Shown in pieces: positions 1 to 12,420 of a stretch of DNA of 39,832 nucleotides (the stretch's first letter is position 1; the number at the start of each line of letters is the position of its first letter). The notes beneath the pieces are model-generated. The model saw only the letters and a list, made by a program, of their open reading frames with translations, ran no database searches and was not told the DNA's origin. This stretch comes from Nemertoderma westbladi (taxonomy: Eukaryota; Animalia; Xenacoelomorpha). The stretch lies in NCBI GenBank assembly GCA_032718475.1, contig JAUCBJ010005755.1:1-39832 (forward strand), read 5' to 3'. The position numbers were made by a program, and so were the translations under genes.

Positions 1-3000
1 AGGAACGTATAGGAAAGTAGGAACGTATAAGAAAGTAGGAACGTATAGGAAAGTAGGAACGTATAGGAAAGTAGGAAAGTATAGGAAAGTAGGAACGTAT
101 AGGAAAGTAGGAAAGTATAGGAAAGTAGGAACGTATAGGAAAGTAGGAACGTATAAGAAAGTAGGAACGTATAAGAAAGTAGGAACGTATAGGAAAGTAG
201 GAACGTATAGGAAAGTAGGAACGTATAAGAAAGTAGGAACGTATAGGAAAGTAGGAACGTATAGGAAAGTAGGAAAGTATAGGAAAGTAGGAACGTATAG
301 GAAAGTAGGAAAGTATAGGAAAGTAGGAACGTATAGGAAAGTAGGAACGTATAAGAAAGTAGGAACGTATAGGAAAGTAGGAACGTATAAGAAAGTAGGA
401 ACGTATAGGAAAGTAGGAACGTATAAGAAAGTAGGAACGTATAGGAAAGTAGGAAAGTATAGGAAAGTAGGAACGTATAAGAAAGTAGGAACGTATAGGA
501 AAGTAGGAACGTATAGGAAAGTAGGAAAGTATAGGAAAGTAGGAACGTATAGGAAAGTAGGAAAGTATAGGAAAGTAGGAACGTATAGGAAAGTAGGAAC
601 GTATAAGAAAGTAGGAACGTATAGGAAAGTAGGAACGTATAGGAAAGTAGGAACGTATAGGAAAGTAGGAACGTATAGGAAAGTAGGAACGTATAGGAAA
701 GTAGGAACGTATAGGAAAGTAGGAACGTATAGGAAAGTAGGATCGTATAGGAAAGTAGGAACGTATAGGAAAGTAGGAATGTATTGGAAAGTAGGAACGT
801 ATAGGAAAGTAGGAACGTATAGGAAAGTAGGAACGTATAGGAAAGTAGGAACGTATAGGAAAGTAGGAAAGTATAGGAAAGTAGGAACGTATAGGAAAGT
901 AGGAACGTATAGGAAAGTAGGAACGTATAGGAAAGTAGGAACGTATAGGAAAGTAGGAACGTTAAGGAAAGTAGGAACGTAAAGGAAAGTAGGAACGTAT
1001 AGGAAAGTAGGAACGTATAGGAAAGTAGGAACGTTAAGGAAAGTAGGAACGTATAGGAAAGTAGGAACGTATAGGAAAGTAGGAACGTTAAGGAAAGTAG
1101 GAACGTATAGGAAAGTAGGAACGTATAGGAAAGTAGGAACGTATAGGAAAGTAGGAACGTATAGGAAAGTAGGAACGTTAAGGAAAGTAGGAACGTAAAG
1201 GAAAGTAGGAACGTATAGGAAAGTAGGAACGTATAGGAAAGTAGGAACGTTAAGGAAAGTAGGAACGTATAGGAAAGTAGGAACGTATAGGAAAGTAGGA
1301 ACGTATAGGAAAGTAGGATCGTATAGGAAAGTAGGAACGTATAGGAAAGTAGGAACGTATAGGAAAGTAGGAACGTATAGGAAAGTAGGAACGTATAAGA
1401 AAGTAGGAATGTATTGGAAAGTAGGAACGTATAGGAAAGTATAGGAACGTATAGGAAAGTAGGAACGTATAGGAAAGTAGGAACGTATAGGAAAGTAGGA
1501 ATGTATTGGAAAGTAGGAACGTATAGGAAAGTAGGAACGTATAGGAAAGTAGGAACGTATAGGAAAGTAGGAACGTATAGGAAAGTAGGAACGTATAGGA
1601 AAGTAGGAACGTTAAGGAAAGTAGGAACGTAAAGGAAAGTAGGAACGTATAGGAAAGTAGGAACGTATAAGAAAGTAGGAACGTATAGGAAAGTAGGAAC
1701 GTATAGGAAAGTAGGAACGTATAGGAAAGTAGGAAAGTATAGGAAAGTAGGAACGTATAAGAAAGTAGGAACGTATAGGAAAGTAGGAACGTATAGGAAA
1801 GTAGGAAAGTATAGGAAAGTAGGAACGTATAGGAAAGTAGGAAAGTATAGGAAAGTAGGAACGTATAGGAAAGTAGGAACGTATAAGAAAGTAGGAACGT
1901 ATAGGAAAGTAGGAACGTATAAGAAAGTAGGAACGTATAGGAAAGTAGGAACGTATAAGAAAGTAGGAACGTATAGGAAAGTAGGAACGTATAGGAAAGT
2001 AGGAACGTATAGGAAAGTAGGAACGTATAAGAAAGTAGGAACGTATAGGAAAGTAGGAACGTATAGGAAAGTAGGATCGTATAGGAAAGTAGGAACGTAT
2101 AGGAAAGTAGGAACGTAAAGGAAAGTAGGAACGTATAGGAAAGTAGGAACGTATAGGAAAGTAGGAACGTTAAGGAAAGTAGGAACGTATAGGAAAGTAG
2201 GAACGTATAGGAAAGTAGGAACGTATAAGAAAGTAGGAACGTATAGGAAAGTAGGAACGTATAGGAAAGTAGGAACGTATAGGAAAGTAGGAACGTATAG
2301 GAAAGTAGGAACGTTAAGGAAAGTAGGAACGTAAAGGAAAGTAGGAACGTATAGGAAAGTAGGAACGTATAGGAAAGTAGGAACGTTAAGGAAAGTAGGA
2401 ACGTATAGGAAAGTAGGAACGTATAGGAAAGTAGGAACGTATAGGAAAGTAGGAACGTATAGGAAAGTAGGAATGTAGGAATGTATTGGAAAGTAGGAAC
2501 GTATAGGAAAGTAGGAACGTATAAGAAAGTAGGAACGTATAGGAAAGTAGGAACGTATAGGAAAGTAGGAACGTATAGGAAAGTAGGAACGTATAAGAAA
2601 GTAGGAACGTATAGGAAAGTAGGAACGTATAGGAAAGTAGGGACGTATAGGAAAGTAGGAACGTATAGGAAAGTAGGAATGTATAGGAAAGTAGGAACGT
2701 ATAGGAAAGTAGGAACGTATAGGAAAGTAGGAATGTATTGGAAAGTAGGACGGTATAGGAAAGTAGGAACGTATAGGAAAATAGGAACGTATAGGAAAGT
2801 AGGAACGTATAGGAAAGTAGGAACGTATAGGAAAGTAGGAACGTATAGGAAAGTAGGAACGTATAGGAAAGTAGGAACGTATAGGAAAGTAGGAACGTAT
2901 AGGAAAGTATTGGAAAGTAGGAACGTTTAGGAAAGTTGGAACGTATAGGAAAGTAGGAACGTATAGGAAAGTAGGAATGTATTGGAAAGTAGGGACGTAT

Positions 3001-3240
3001 AGGAAAGTAGGAACGTATTGGAAAGTTGGAACGTATAGGAAAGTAGGAACGTATAGGAAAGTAGGAACGTATAGGAAAGTAGGAACGTATAGGAAAGTAG
3101 GAACGTATAGGAAAGTAGGAACGTATAGGAAAGTTGGAACGTATAGGAAAGTAGGAATGTATTGGAAAGTAGGAACGTATAGGAAAGTAGGAACGTATAG
3201 GAAAGTAGGAACGTTTAGGAAAGTTGGAACGTATAGGAAC
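1..3240. repeat. 18-bp minisatellite (AGGAACGTATAGGAAAGT)n, truncated by the window start
   Basis: About 180 near-identical units with recurring variants (ATAAG, GTTAAG, ATGTATTGG). Ends sharply at GGAACCGGTTCCACT. It explains the YRKVGT, SYFPIR and FLLSYT ORFs. Confidence 0.98.
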
Positions 3241-3797
3241 CGGTTCCACTAACTTGTCGGGTCGGTAAAATTCGCATGTATCTGAAAGACGCCGAACTTA
3301 CCGTTCTGCTGCTTTCTTTAGAAAGTGTTTATCGGCGAAGTGAGGGAGGGATGTTTGGTAATTAAAGCTCTGCTGGCGGCCCATCGCAGCCAGAACGTCG
3401 TACTCCAGATGAGATCGGAATTCGGAGGACCTCGTTGTGGTATCCGCCAAGTCAACCTGAAATTATTCGCAAACATCTTATGATTAAATATTTTTTGGCT
3501 AGGCCTATTTCGCCAACATATATGTTGGCGAAATAGGCCTAGCAAAAAAATACCATGGAATAGGTTGATGTGGAGTATAAATAACAGGGTAATAAATAAT
3601 TTATTACCTTTATGGTTCACGTGATTAAGTTTCCCGCTGCTGTAAATCTAAAGGTTTATTATGATATATCGATACATTATTGTAAATATTTATTATTATA
3701 CGTTGAAATAAACAGTCGAATCCAATTTTATCAACAACTGAATTAACTGACTAACATGCACGGATCAGCATTCGAAGCACTGTACAAACTGTGTTAA

Positions 3798-3994
3798 CTT
3801 TCGTTTATTGTTTTGGTTCCCCCCAACACGCCTTTGTAACCTGCACCTTTACTAACCTGCTCCTTTAAATGTACAAAACTGTACAAAACAAAGAGGTAAG
3901 TCGCGTTAGGTCCCATGCCATTTAAAAGGAGCACGTTAGTAAAGGAGCAGGTTTACAGAGGCGTGTTGGGGGAACCAAAACAATAAGACGAAAG
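3798..3994. mobile_element. MITE with long TIRs and TTAA target duplication
   Basis: CTTTCGTTTATTGTTTTGGTTCCCCCCAACACGCC... is inverted at ...GGCGTGTTGGGGGAACCAAAACAATAAGACGAAAG. TTAA lies at 3794-3797 and 3995-3998. Related half-copies occur near 7600-7690, 9930-9982 and 10575-10627. Confidence 0.85.
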
Positions 3995-4129
3995 TTAACA
4001 CATGATGTTTGATGTTACAAGATTATGCAGGTTATTTAATTGGGTCTTTGTATTGTACTCACACCTAATTACTTGCGATGCTAGCCTATTGATTTGCACT
4101 TTATTGACTGATATAAAATATAAACTAAC

Positions 4130-4534
4130 CACAAAAGGTTGACTCCCATAGGCTGATTGCCACAGTTTACGGGCAGCGTCGGTGGCTGCATTCCGTCCAT
4201 CCTCCCACAGATAGCGGTGATCAAGAAGCTTACCGAACAACGATATGCAGTCGTCCCGGTACGCAACCGGAGACAACATGTGGCAATGCCACGCCCACTC
4301 GATGTCCAATGGAGGGGACAATGTGTCGCTGCTATTGGCTGCTACCAGGGGCAACCAAAGGGTCTCGTAGCGACGTACCGCGTTGACCGCAGTAACGCCG
4401 CTGTATAGCTGTGGGTATTGCTCTACGGTTTGGAGGAACCGGTATTGGGAACACGCAGTGTAGACGAGGTCAACTGAAACTCCAACGTCTTTCCACGATT
4501 TACATTTACACAGCTTATCCGCCGCCAACGCCAT
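4130..4534 (-). CDS. First coding exon of a glycine-rich domain-containing protein (GRDP/DUF1399-like)
   Basis: Motifs VSVDLV...FL..V, AVRRYETLWLPL, PPLDIEWAWHCHMLSPVAYRDDC..LFGKLLDH match the GRDP-like family. A GTTAGT splice donor at 4129-4124 coincides with loss of similarity. No further exons are seen in the window. Confidence 0.85.
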
Positions 4535-4829
4535 AGCGCAAGTGAGTAGGCCTTCCTATATGTCCTACAGTCCTACTGTCCTAGGCTCCTCAAACTTCGG
4601 TGATTAATTTAACTAAATTAATAGTAGTAATTGTGCAGAGTCAGTGGGTTGGTATGGTTGTGGCGTTAGGCCTACCCCTAGCTGCCTGGCTGCCAGCATA
4701 CCTACTGGCTACCAGCAACAGCAAGCATACCGAGAAGCAGCACTGCAGGTAAATACTGAAATATGATTCCGAGTCAATGGGTAGAGCGAGTCAAATAGTA
4801 CAACAGGTTAAAGAGTATAAAAAATAGAA

Positions 4830-5175
4830 AAAAGGGTACAACAGGACAAATTTAACAACAGCCATGTCAAAAGGGTACAAAAAATACAAAAACCTCGTCA
4901 AAAGGTACAAATGTTATAGAAAGGGTACAACAGGACAAAGTGTACAACAGCCATGTCATAGGTACAAAAACCACGTCAAAGGGTACAAATGTTATAGAAA
5001 GGGTACCGGTACAACAGGACAAAGTGAACAACAGCCATATGTCAAAGGGAACAAAATCCACGTCAAAGGGTACAAATGTTATAGAAAGGGTACAACAGGA
5101 CAAAGTGTACAACAGCCATGTCATAGGGTACAAAAACCACGTCAAAGAGTACAAATGTTATAGAAAGGGTACAAC
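4830..5175. repeat. ~80-bp tandem repeat (left part of an array interrupted by the foldback element)
   Basis: ACAACAGGACAAA recurs at 4838, 4927, 5011 and 5092; the next unit is cut after ACAAC at 5171-5175. The array resumes at 9100-9210. Confidence 0.9.
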
Positions 5176-8100
5176 GGGGGTAGGTGCTAAAATGCACAAC
5201 GAGCAACAATGACCAACAACGAGCAACAATGAGCAGCAACGAGCAACAATGAGCAACAACGAGCAATAACGAGCAACAACGAGCAAGAATGAGCAACAAC
5301 GAGCAATAAAAGTACAACAACGAGCAACAATGACCAACAATGAACTGAACTGAACTGAACTGAAATTTATTTTTCACAATAATAGCTTTTAACATAGAAG
5401 AACGCACCGCAAAAATATATAAGATATGAGTATTACTATTATTATATTATTAAACTGTTAAACACAGGTCAATGTTCTTAATAGTGAATGGAGACCGCAT
5501 GTAGCTCAGTGAGCTAGAAATACGCAGCCACCATGGAAGAGCAATTAAATTATTATAAGAAGACAAGAAATTACTTGCAAACCAGCTATGCAGGTAATAG
5601 CTGCAACCAGAGAGGATTGGGGTGAGGGGGGGGGGGGGGGGGGTGGGGGGAACAAATTGAAAATAAAATTGAAGATGAATTCATAAATTATGCACAACTA
5701 AATGTAAACTTTTATTTTTCATACCTCTAGTGTACTGTATAAAATGCAATTAACAATTATTATTAAGAATTAATACAATTGAGATAGTTATTGATAAGTT
5801 TGAAAAGACGATATAAATTAATTTATATTTAATTGAATTTGAGGTACATGACAGGGACTAGATACGTTAATTTAAAATAAATTTTGTTAGTCTAAAATCT
5901 TAAAAGAAAAAATATATATATATGATAAACTAAAGGTCATTTAATAACTTACGTTTTAGTTTTTTTTTAAAAAGATGTTTGTTTGGCAGAGATTTAAGAA
6001 TATTGTCTAAAGAATTCCATATAGTTGGACCGTTGTATGACAGCGAGTTTTTAGCAACTAAAAGTCGAACACGAGGAATAAAATAATTACCAGATAATGC
6101 CGCACGTGTACCATAATTATGGGACTTGCTAGTTTTATTAAACAGATCTGTGAGGGGTGATAGTTTTTTATGGACATCGTACATTATACTGGCAACCTGT
6201 AGTGTGTAAAGTTTGTCTATCGGTAATATACCAAGTTCTTTGTAAATTTGGACAGAGGACGCCCGGTGATGACTGAATGTAATGGCCCGTATTATTTTAT
6301 TAACTTTTGTATGTAATGGCTTAAGCGTAGTCTGATAAGTGTTACCCCAAATAGCAATGCCATACTGTAAATAAGGATGAACCAGGGAAAAGTAAATGAT
6401 GCGCAGTATATTCATAGGAAAATAATGTCGTATTTTATAAAATAATCCACCTATTTTAGAAATTTTCTTGAGCGTTAAATGAGCAACAACGAGCAACAAC
6501 GAGCAACAATGAGCAACAACGAGCAACAACGAGCAATAATGAGCAACAACGAGCAACAACGAGTAACAACGAGCAACAATGAGCAACAACGAGCAACAAT
6601 GAGCAACAACGAGTAACAATGAGCAACAACGAGCAACAATGAGCACAACAACAGCAACAATGAGCAACAACGAGCAATAATAAAGTACAACAACGAGTAA
6701 CAATGAGCAACAATGACCAACAACGAGCAACAATGAGCAACAATGAGCAACAACGAGTAACAATAATGAGCAACAATGACCAACAACGAGCAACAATGGG
6801 CAACAATGAGCAACAACGAGCAACAATAAGCACCCAACAACGAGCAACAACGAGCAATAATAAAGTACAACAACGAGTAACAATCAACTGAGCAACAATG
6901 AGCAACAACGAGCAACAATGAGCAACAATGAGCAACAACGAGCAACAATGAGCAACAACGAGCAACAATGAGTCAACAACGAGTAACAATGAGCAACAAC
7001 GAGCAATACATTCATTATACTTATGCAGTATAATGTATCCCAGTAATCCCGAATATATAAGTAGGATATTATAAATAAATTCCCAACCAAGAACTTAATA
7101 AAAAATGCTTCCATACCCGCAATGTCATCAAGATGGTGCACAATACTGCTACTGTATACCGGGACCGGTAGGCCTACAAATATTTATCAGTTTACCTGAT
7201 TTCAGTCTTGTTCTGTTCGGGTAGTGTCGTTGAAACTTACCTCAACCTATTATCTGGTTCTGACTGTCTGATATACGGTACTGTGAAGTGTGAACTGGTT
7301 TTCGTATTATTATTTGTATTTTATACAGTTGGACTTGGACAGTGACCTGATTGCCCGCAGTCCTGAAGTCTGCCTAGCGTTCTATATTACAGACTACTGT
7401 ATAGCTTGGGGGATGGGGTAGGCGTAGGCCAAGCCTATTTTGTATTTGATTTGTTATACAGTATACAGTACTTTAGGCCTATTAAATTTTTATTTATATG
7501 TTGAAGCTTTATATTTCATTTATATTTTACTTGTGTTGACCGGACCCTTATTACCTCAGCTTTTTGTGCCCGTATCCATAATCTTGTAACATGTCTTAAC
7601 TTTAGTTTATTGTTTTGGTTCCCACCAACGCCAACACCTGAACACGCCTCTGTAACCTGGTCCTTTACTAATCTGCTGCCTGCTCCTTTCTACCTTTAAA
7701 GGGCAATGGGTCCGGTCAACGGGTCCTGTCAATTGAGCAAAGGTTCCGTTCAGTAGACTTTGCCCAGTTAGGCATACTGTATTACAGAGTTAAGGTTAAC
7801 AGCCATCATTCGGGCCTAGAAACCAGTATCTACCCCCCTGTCTACCAGCATATGCCCCTGCTAATAGCTTCATTGTTCATTACTTCAGCACTTAGTATTA
7901 TTGCTTAATGTTAGGGGAACGTCACGATTGGGTTAGGCATATCTACAGTACATTTTGTTGGGCAATTTACAGTAGATCCAACTAACGGAAATTCAACTAA
8001 ATTTACCTCTAACTCAATAATTAATTAATCTATGGCGATATTTCAGACCTGAAATGCAAGCGAAGCTCTTAATATTAATTGTACCATGATTGAGAGTTGT

Positions 8101-9099
8101 CATAAATTGAATACCGTAGCGATAATAATATAAACAGAACAGATACAGACTAGTCGCAATACGTTTCCTCCTAAAGGGAAACACAATCGCCAGACTTGAG
8201 TGTGATTTACTTGTTGTATTGTGCCGCCACACCCTCCCGGTACTGTATGCTAGTGAAATATAATAGATGATCAATTACCGTAATAGACTGAGCGAAACAT
8301 TGAGCAAATCAACAATAGTGGGAAAAGGGGAATAGAGTGATACACTAGAACGGCCTTCCGTTGAAGGTACACTAGCGCAATTACCGTTTCAGTGTTTCAG
8401 ACTGGGTGTTTTTACTCGCATTCTTACATGGTTTATTAAACAATCGGAAAGAGTCAAAATATATAAAAATAGAGATTAAAAACGTATTTTTTGTCAAATG
8501 CACTAACACGTTTTAGGATGCCCGGAATGTAATGTTGCTCATTGTTACTCTTTGTTGTACTTTATTATTGCTCATTGTTACTCTTTGTTGTACTTTATTA
8601 TTGCTCGTTGTTGCTCATTGTTACTCTTTGTTGTACTTTATTATTGCTCGTTCTTGCTCATTGTTGCTCGTTGTTGCTCATTGTTCCTCGTTGTTGTTCG
8701 TTGTTGCTCGTTGTTGCTCATTGTTGCTCGTTGTTGCTCATTGTTGCTAATTGTTACTCGTTGTTGTACTTTATTATTGCTTGTTGTTGCTCATTGTTGC
8801 TCGTTGTTGCTCATTGTTGCTCATTGTTTGCTCATTGTTATTCGTTGTCGTACAGTACTTTATTATTGCTTGTTGTTGCTCGTTGTTGCTCATTGTCGCT
8901 CATTGTTGCTCGTTGTTGGTCATTGTTGGTCATTGTTGCTCATTGTTACTCGTTGTTGTACTTTAATATTGCTCGTTGTTGCTCATTGTTGCTCGTTGTT
9001 GCTCATTGTTGTACTTTATTATTGCTCGTTGTTGCTCATTGTTGCTCATTTTTGCTCGTTGTTGGTCATTGATGCTCGTTGTGCATTTTAGCACCTACC
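5176..9099. mobile_element. Foldback-type non-autonomous DNA transposon with 10-bp repeat arms
   Basis: Left end GGGGGTAGGTGCTAAAATGCACAACGAGCA; right end TGCTCGTTGTGCATTTTAGCACCTACC. Inverted arrays of (CAACAAYGAG)n lie at 5197-7007 and 8532-9080. TACAAC is duplicated at 5170-5175 and 9100-9105. Confidence 0.85.
5341..6478 (-). mobile_element. 5'-truncated L2/Crack-like non-LTR retrotransposon 3' end
   Basis: Post-RT C-terminal peptide KKISKIGGLFYKIRHYFPMNILRIIYFSLVHPYLQYGIAIWG...SLSYNGPTIWNSL ends at the stop at 5930. A 3' UTR follows, then AATAAA and a (TTCAG)n tail at 5341-5365. It is inserted in the 10-bp array. Confidence 0.85.
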
Positions 9100-9252
9100 T
9101 ACAACAGGACAAAGTGAACAACAGCCATGTCAAAAGGTACAAATACAAAAACCACGTCAAAGGGTACAATAATGTTATAGAAAGGGTACAACAGGTCAAA
9201 GTGAACAACAGGGATTTTATACTGTATGAAACTCGCTGGTTACTGTAGTGGC

Positions 9253-9394
9253 GGCCTCAACCCTAATTAAAACTGTCATGTAACCATTAACGGCCTTTCG
9301 GTCCTAGATGGCAATAATGTCAGAAATAAATTCCGCTAAATTTCTTAGATTATGACTTAGGGTTACATGACTCAGTTTTAATTATGGTTGAGCC
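9253..9394. mobile_element. Small MITE-like inverted repeat
   Basis: CTCAACCCTAATTAAAACTGTCATGTAACC versus GGTTACATGACTCAGTTTTAATTATGGTTGAG (imperfect inverted repeat). Confidence 0.6.
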
Positions 9395-9879
9395 TGACCA
9401 ACTAACCATAACCAAAATAATAAACGAACTAAATAACCGCCTGGTATGATACAGCACCTGGTACGAGGTGGCGCGTGGCGGTACTGAACAAGACAATACA
9501 ATTATTCGCATGGAATATTGGTACAGGTAGCAAGTAAGTGGAAAACACCGCCTTTTTCACTCATTTTCAGTTTACTTCTCGCTGCCAATCTGCTGTATAG
9601 GCCGAAAGTCATTTTTTTTTAATAAATTTGAAATTAGTGAAAAAATACTTTTTTAACTAATTTCCTGGAAATTGAGTGAAAATTATTGATTTAGGCCTAG
9701 ATCTCACTCATTTTTTAAAATTTTAGTGAGAAATATAGAAAGGAATCTCAAACAATCTTCCTCGAAACGAAATATACAAAATTTTACAAATTATAAGTAA
9801 AAATATGTTTCTTAATTTCTTTGTATCTTTTTATAAGATAATAAATCTACCTACAGAAGTATTGAGTGAGTAGCCTTGA

Positions 9880-10086
9880 GGGGGTAGGTGTAAAACGCGG
9901 ATCCGGATTCCAAATTTATCCATTAAGGGAAAGGAGCAGGTTACAGTGGCACGTTATTTTAACCAAAACAATAAACTAAAGTCAATAGAACAGGATATAG
10001 TTTTATTTTTGGGCGTTTTAAAAATGTAAAAAAAATCGACTTCCGTAGGGACAATGTTAAATGTAGAATCCGGATCCGCGTTTTAC
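9880..10086. mobile_element. MITE with GGGGGTAGGTG terminus
   Basis: GTAAAACGCGGATCCGGATTC (9890-9910) is inverted at 10066-10086. The left end matches the terminus of the 5176-9099 element; the right tip is degraded. Confidence 0.65.
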
Positions 10087-11052
10087 TCTGAGGATATCAA
10101 CGGCCATACAAATAATAATACTAATGTTTTGTATTTAAATAACCTGTCGGAGTAGAAGATTCATGTTATGTTTGTATTCATGGAGACACCTCTGTAAACG
10201 CTTGCAAGATTTTCAAAGGGGATATAGTTACACACCAAAAACAGGAGAAGTCAAACTAATATTATCACTATTCCAATGTGGAAACTGTTAGAATATTCGA
10301 GCACTGCCTAGCGGCGACCTATTGATAATAGTGAATACATTACAGATGATCGTTTGAAAGAGAGAAAATAGATTGGAAATATTCCGGAATTAAACCACCA
10401 ACCGCACTGAAGGACCAGCCATACCATAAGCTCTAAATATGAGAAGCACCCATCAACTGTTTGGCAAAACCTAGGGCAACAATTGTGGAGACAGGGGGGG
10501 GGGGGGGGAACTGTACGCAAATCCCATCTTGGCGAATTAATATCCCGCCTCAATGTTAAATTCTGAATTTAGGGAAAGGAGCAAGTCACAGTGGCACGTT
10601 ATTATAACCAAAACAATAAACTAAACACATTAGAACAGGTTACAGTTATATTTTTGAGAGTAATCAGCTGTTATTTTCGTCGAATTTCCCCTTGTTTCGC
10701 CCGTCAATAAAATTTGCTTCCCTAAATGTATAAGGTGCAATTGCGTTATCAACGTGGATTCTAGAACTAGAATTGTTCTATAAGGTGGCCCATATAGTCG
10801 CCATACTAGTTTTTATATGTGATCAGAGTTTTCGGGATCGGGGCCGAGATTATATTCATCGGATATTCAAGAAATTTACTTTACTATTTATACTTCGGGA
10901 TCTCGTTCCAAAACAAGTCGTATTTGATTCAATCGTGATCACTGCTTTCTGCTTGTTTACAGTTTGTATATATGGGAGATATAACTATAAACTAGATACT
11001 GTGTATAACATTCCAAACAATATAAATTGCACACATAATTTAATAAATAACG

Positions 11053-12048
11053 TTAATCAGATGGGTGTTTTTCTGCCAGTGTCTGCAGGGAAAAAACAGA
11101 GTTTATTAATTCCAGTTCATAATCTCTGATACTCGAGTTTCTATAAATTCGGTATTTATAATAAAGAAGTCTTTGCTGTAAGTTGTCTATACAATCCAGC
11201 GATAGAACCAAGGTGTCATACTTCAACATACTGTACACGTTTAGTCCCGAGAGAGGCATAACTATGGAAGCTTTGAGGGAGTAGAGGGCCTCTTCCATGG
11301 CTGGACTAAGTGACTCTGGGGTGTCTCCTACGTATAGAACAGAGGGACCCCAGTCTCGGACAGAATACAAATCGATAAGAAGCTGCCGGTCGGCAAACGG
11401 GATGTCTAAACTGTCCACGATAAACAGATCGTTTTGCGCGAGTTTCAATGAAAGAGCCACACGCAGGCCTAAAGCCCGTTCCTCGGCGGAAAGTTCATAG
11501 AAATAACTGGTGGGACCACGTGGGCCTTTACGATGCCCCCCGCCTTTCCATAGAACGGAACGTCTGCTCCCGTGACGTGCTCTACCGGTGCCCTTTTGAG
11601 GCCACGGTTTGCGCCCCCCCTTCTGTATCTCGCCTGGACTCGGGACTTTGTCGTAGTTGATGTACCGGTACCAGCGCTGCCATTCCGCGCATTTCGCGAG
11701 GATGTCGAGACGAGGTGCGGTGGAAAATACCTCCGGGTGTAGTTGTACGAGTCCCAGTCGTAGGGGTTCAACCTGGGACAGGGAATCCAACCAGACCTCC
11801 CGGGGTTCCATGTGCACTGGATGGTCCAGTTTCAGTCTGTGGATTAACGGTTGTTCGTAAACCGAGTGTAATTGTTCTGTTAGGTTATTAAGATCAATCT
11901 CGCTGTTACCTGGTTCGACTACATTTGTATAGAATCGATGAGGAGACAACCGGGCGATGGACTTACCGATCAATAACCTGTAGTTGAGTTTTACCGTAGT
12001 TCCCACTTTACGGGAATAATTAATAATGTTCAATAATGGTTGGAACAT
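11053..12048 (-). CDS. MRPL4: Mitochondrial ribosomal protein uL4m (39S L4), single coding exon
   Basis: 331-aa ORF with L4 motifs GGRKPWPQKGTGRARHGSRRS..WKGGG...GPRGPTSYFYEL, LHPEVFSTAPRLDIL, WGPSVLYV and GLNVYSMLKYDTLVL. The basic N-terminus is consistent with a transit peptide. Confidence 0.95.
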   Translation of the reverse strand: MFQPLLNIINYSRKVGTTVKLNYRLLIGKSIARLSPHRFYTNVVEPGNSEIDLNNLTEQLHSVYEQPLIHRLKLDHPVHMEPREVWLDSLSQVEPLRLGLVQLHPEVFSTAPRLDILAKCAEWQRWYRYINYDKVPSPGEIQKGGRKPWPQKGTGRARHGSRRSVLWKGGGHRKGPRGPTSYFYELSAEERALGLRVALSLKLAQNDLFIVDSLDIPFADRQLLIDLYSVRDWGPSVLYVGDTPESLSPAMEEALYSLKASIVMPLSGLNVYSMLKYDTLVLSLDCIDNLQQRLLYYKYRIYRNSSIRDYELELINSVFSLQTLAEKHPSD

Positions 12049-12420
12049 TGTTTAAGCTGTGACTCCCTCCACTCAAACCGGTACCGATAGAGAAGTAGGA
12101 ACAGTATAACAATAGCAAGGCCTACTAAAGAGTTTAGGCTGTTAGGCATAGTAGGTTTAGTATTGGCTACAACTAGCCAATATCAGAATATTGCAATGCA
12201 ATTAGGTAGTACAGTTATAATACTGCAGTAGGGAGTGGGGAGTAGGCCTACTGCAAGGCCATATTCTAAACAACGTTGTTTAGATAGCCTTGGCCTACTG
12301 CCAGACTACAGTATCTATTACTGTTGGTAGCTACAGGTATAGTACAAGTAGGTAGCTTAAGCTTTGCAGTAGGTACAAGTAGATAGCTCAAGGGGGTGGG
12401 ATGGGGGGGGGGGTTGGTTG

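Noticed and set aside
779-3252. Repetitive ORFs (YRKVGT, SYFPIR, FLLSYT)
   Set aside because: By-products of an 18-bp unit that is stop-free in some frames; both strands are open and frames shift at indels.
5063-9248. Leu/Cys-rich LLLVVAHCCS ORFs resembling membrane proteins
   Set aside because: Translations of the 10-bp repeat arms. Only about 5930-6470 of the 317-aa ORF is real LINE coding sequence.
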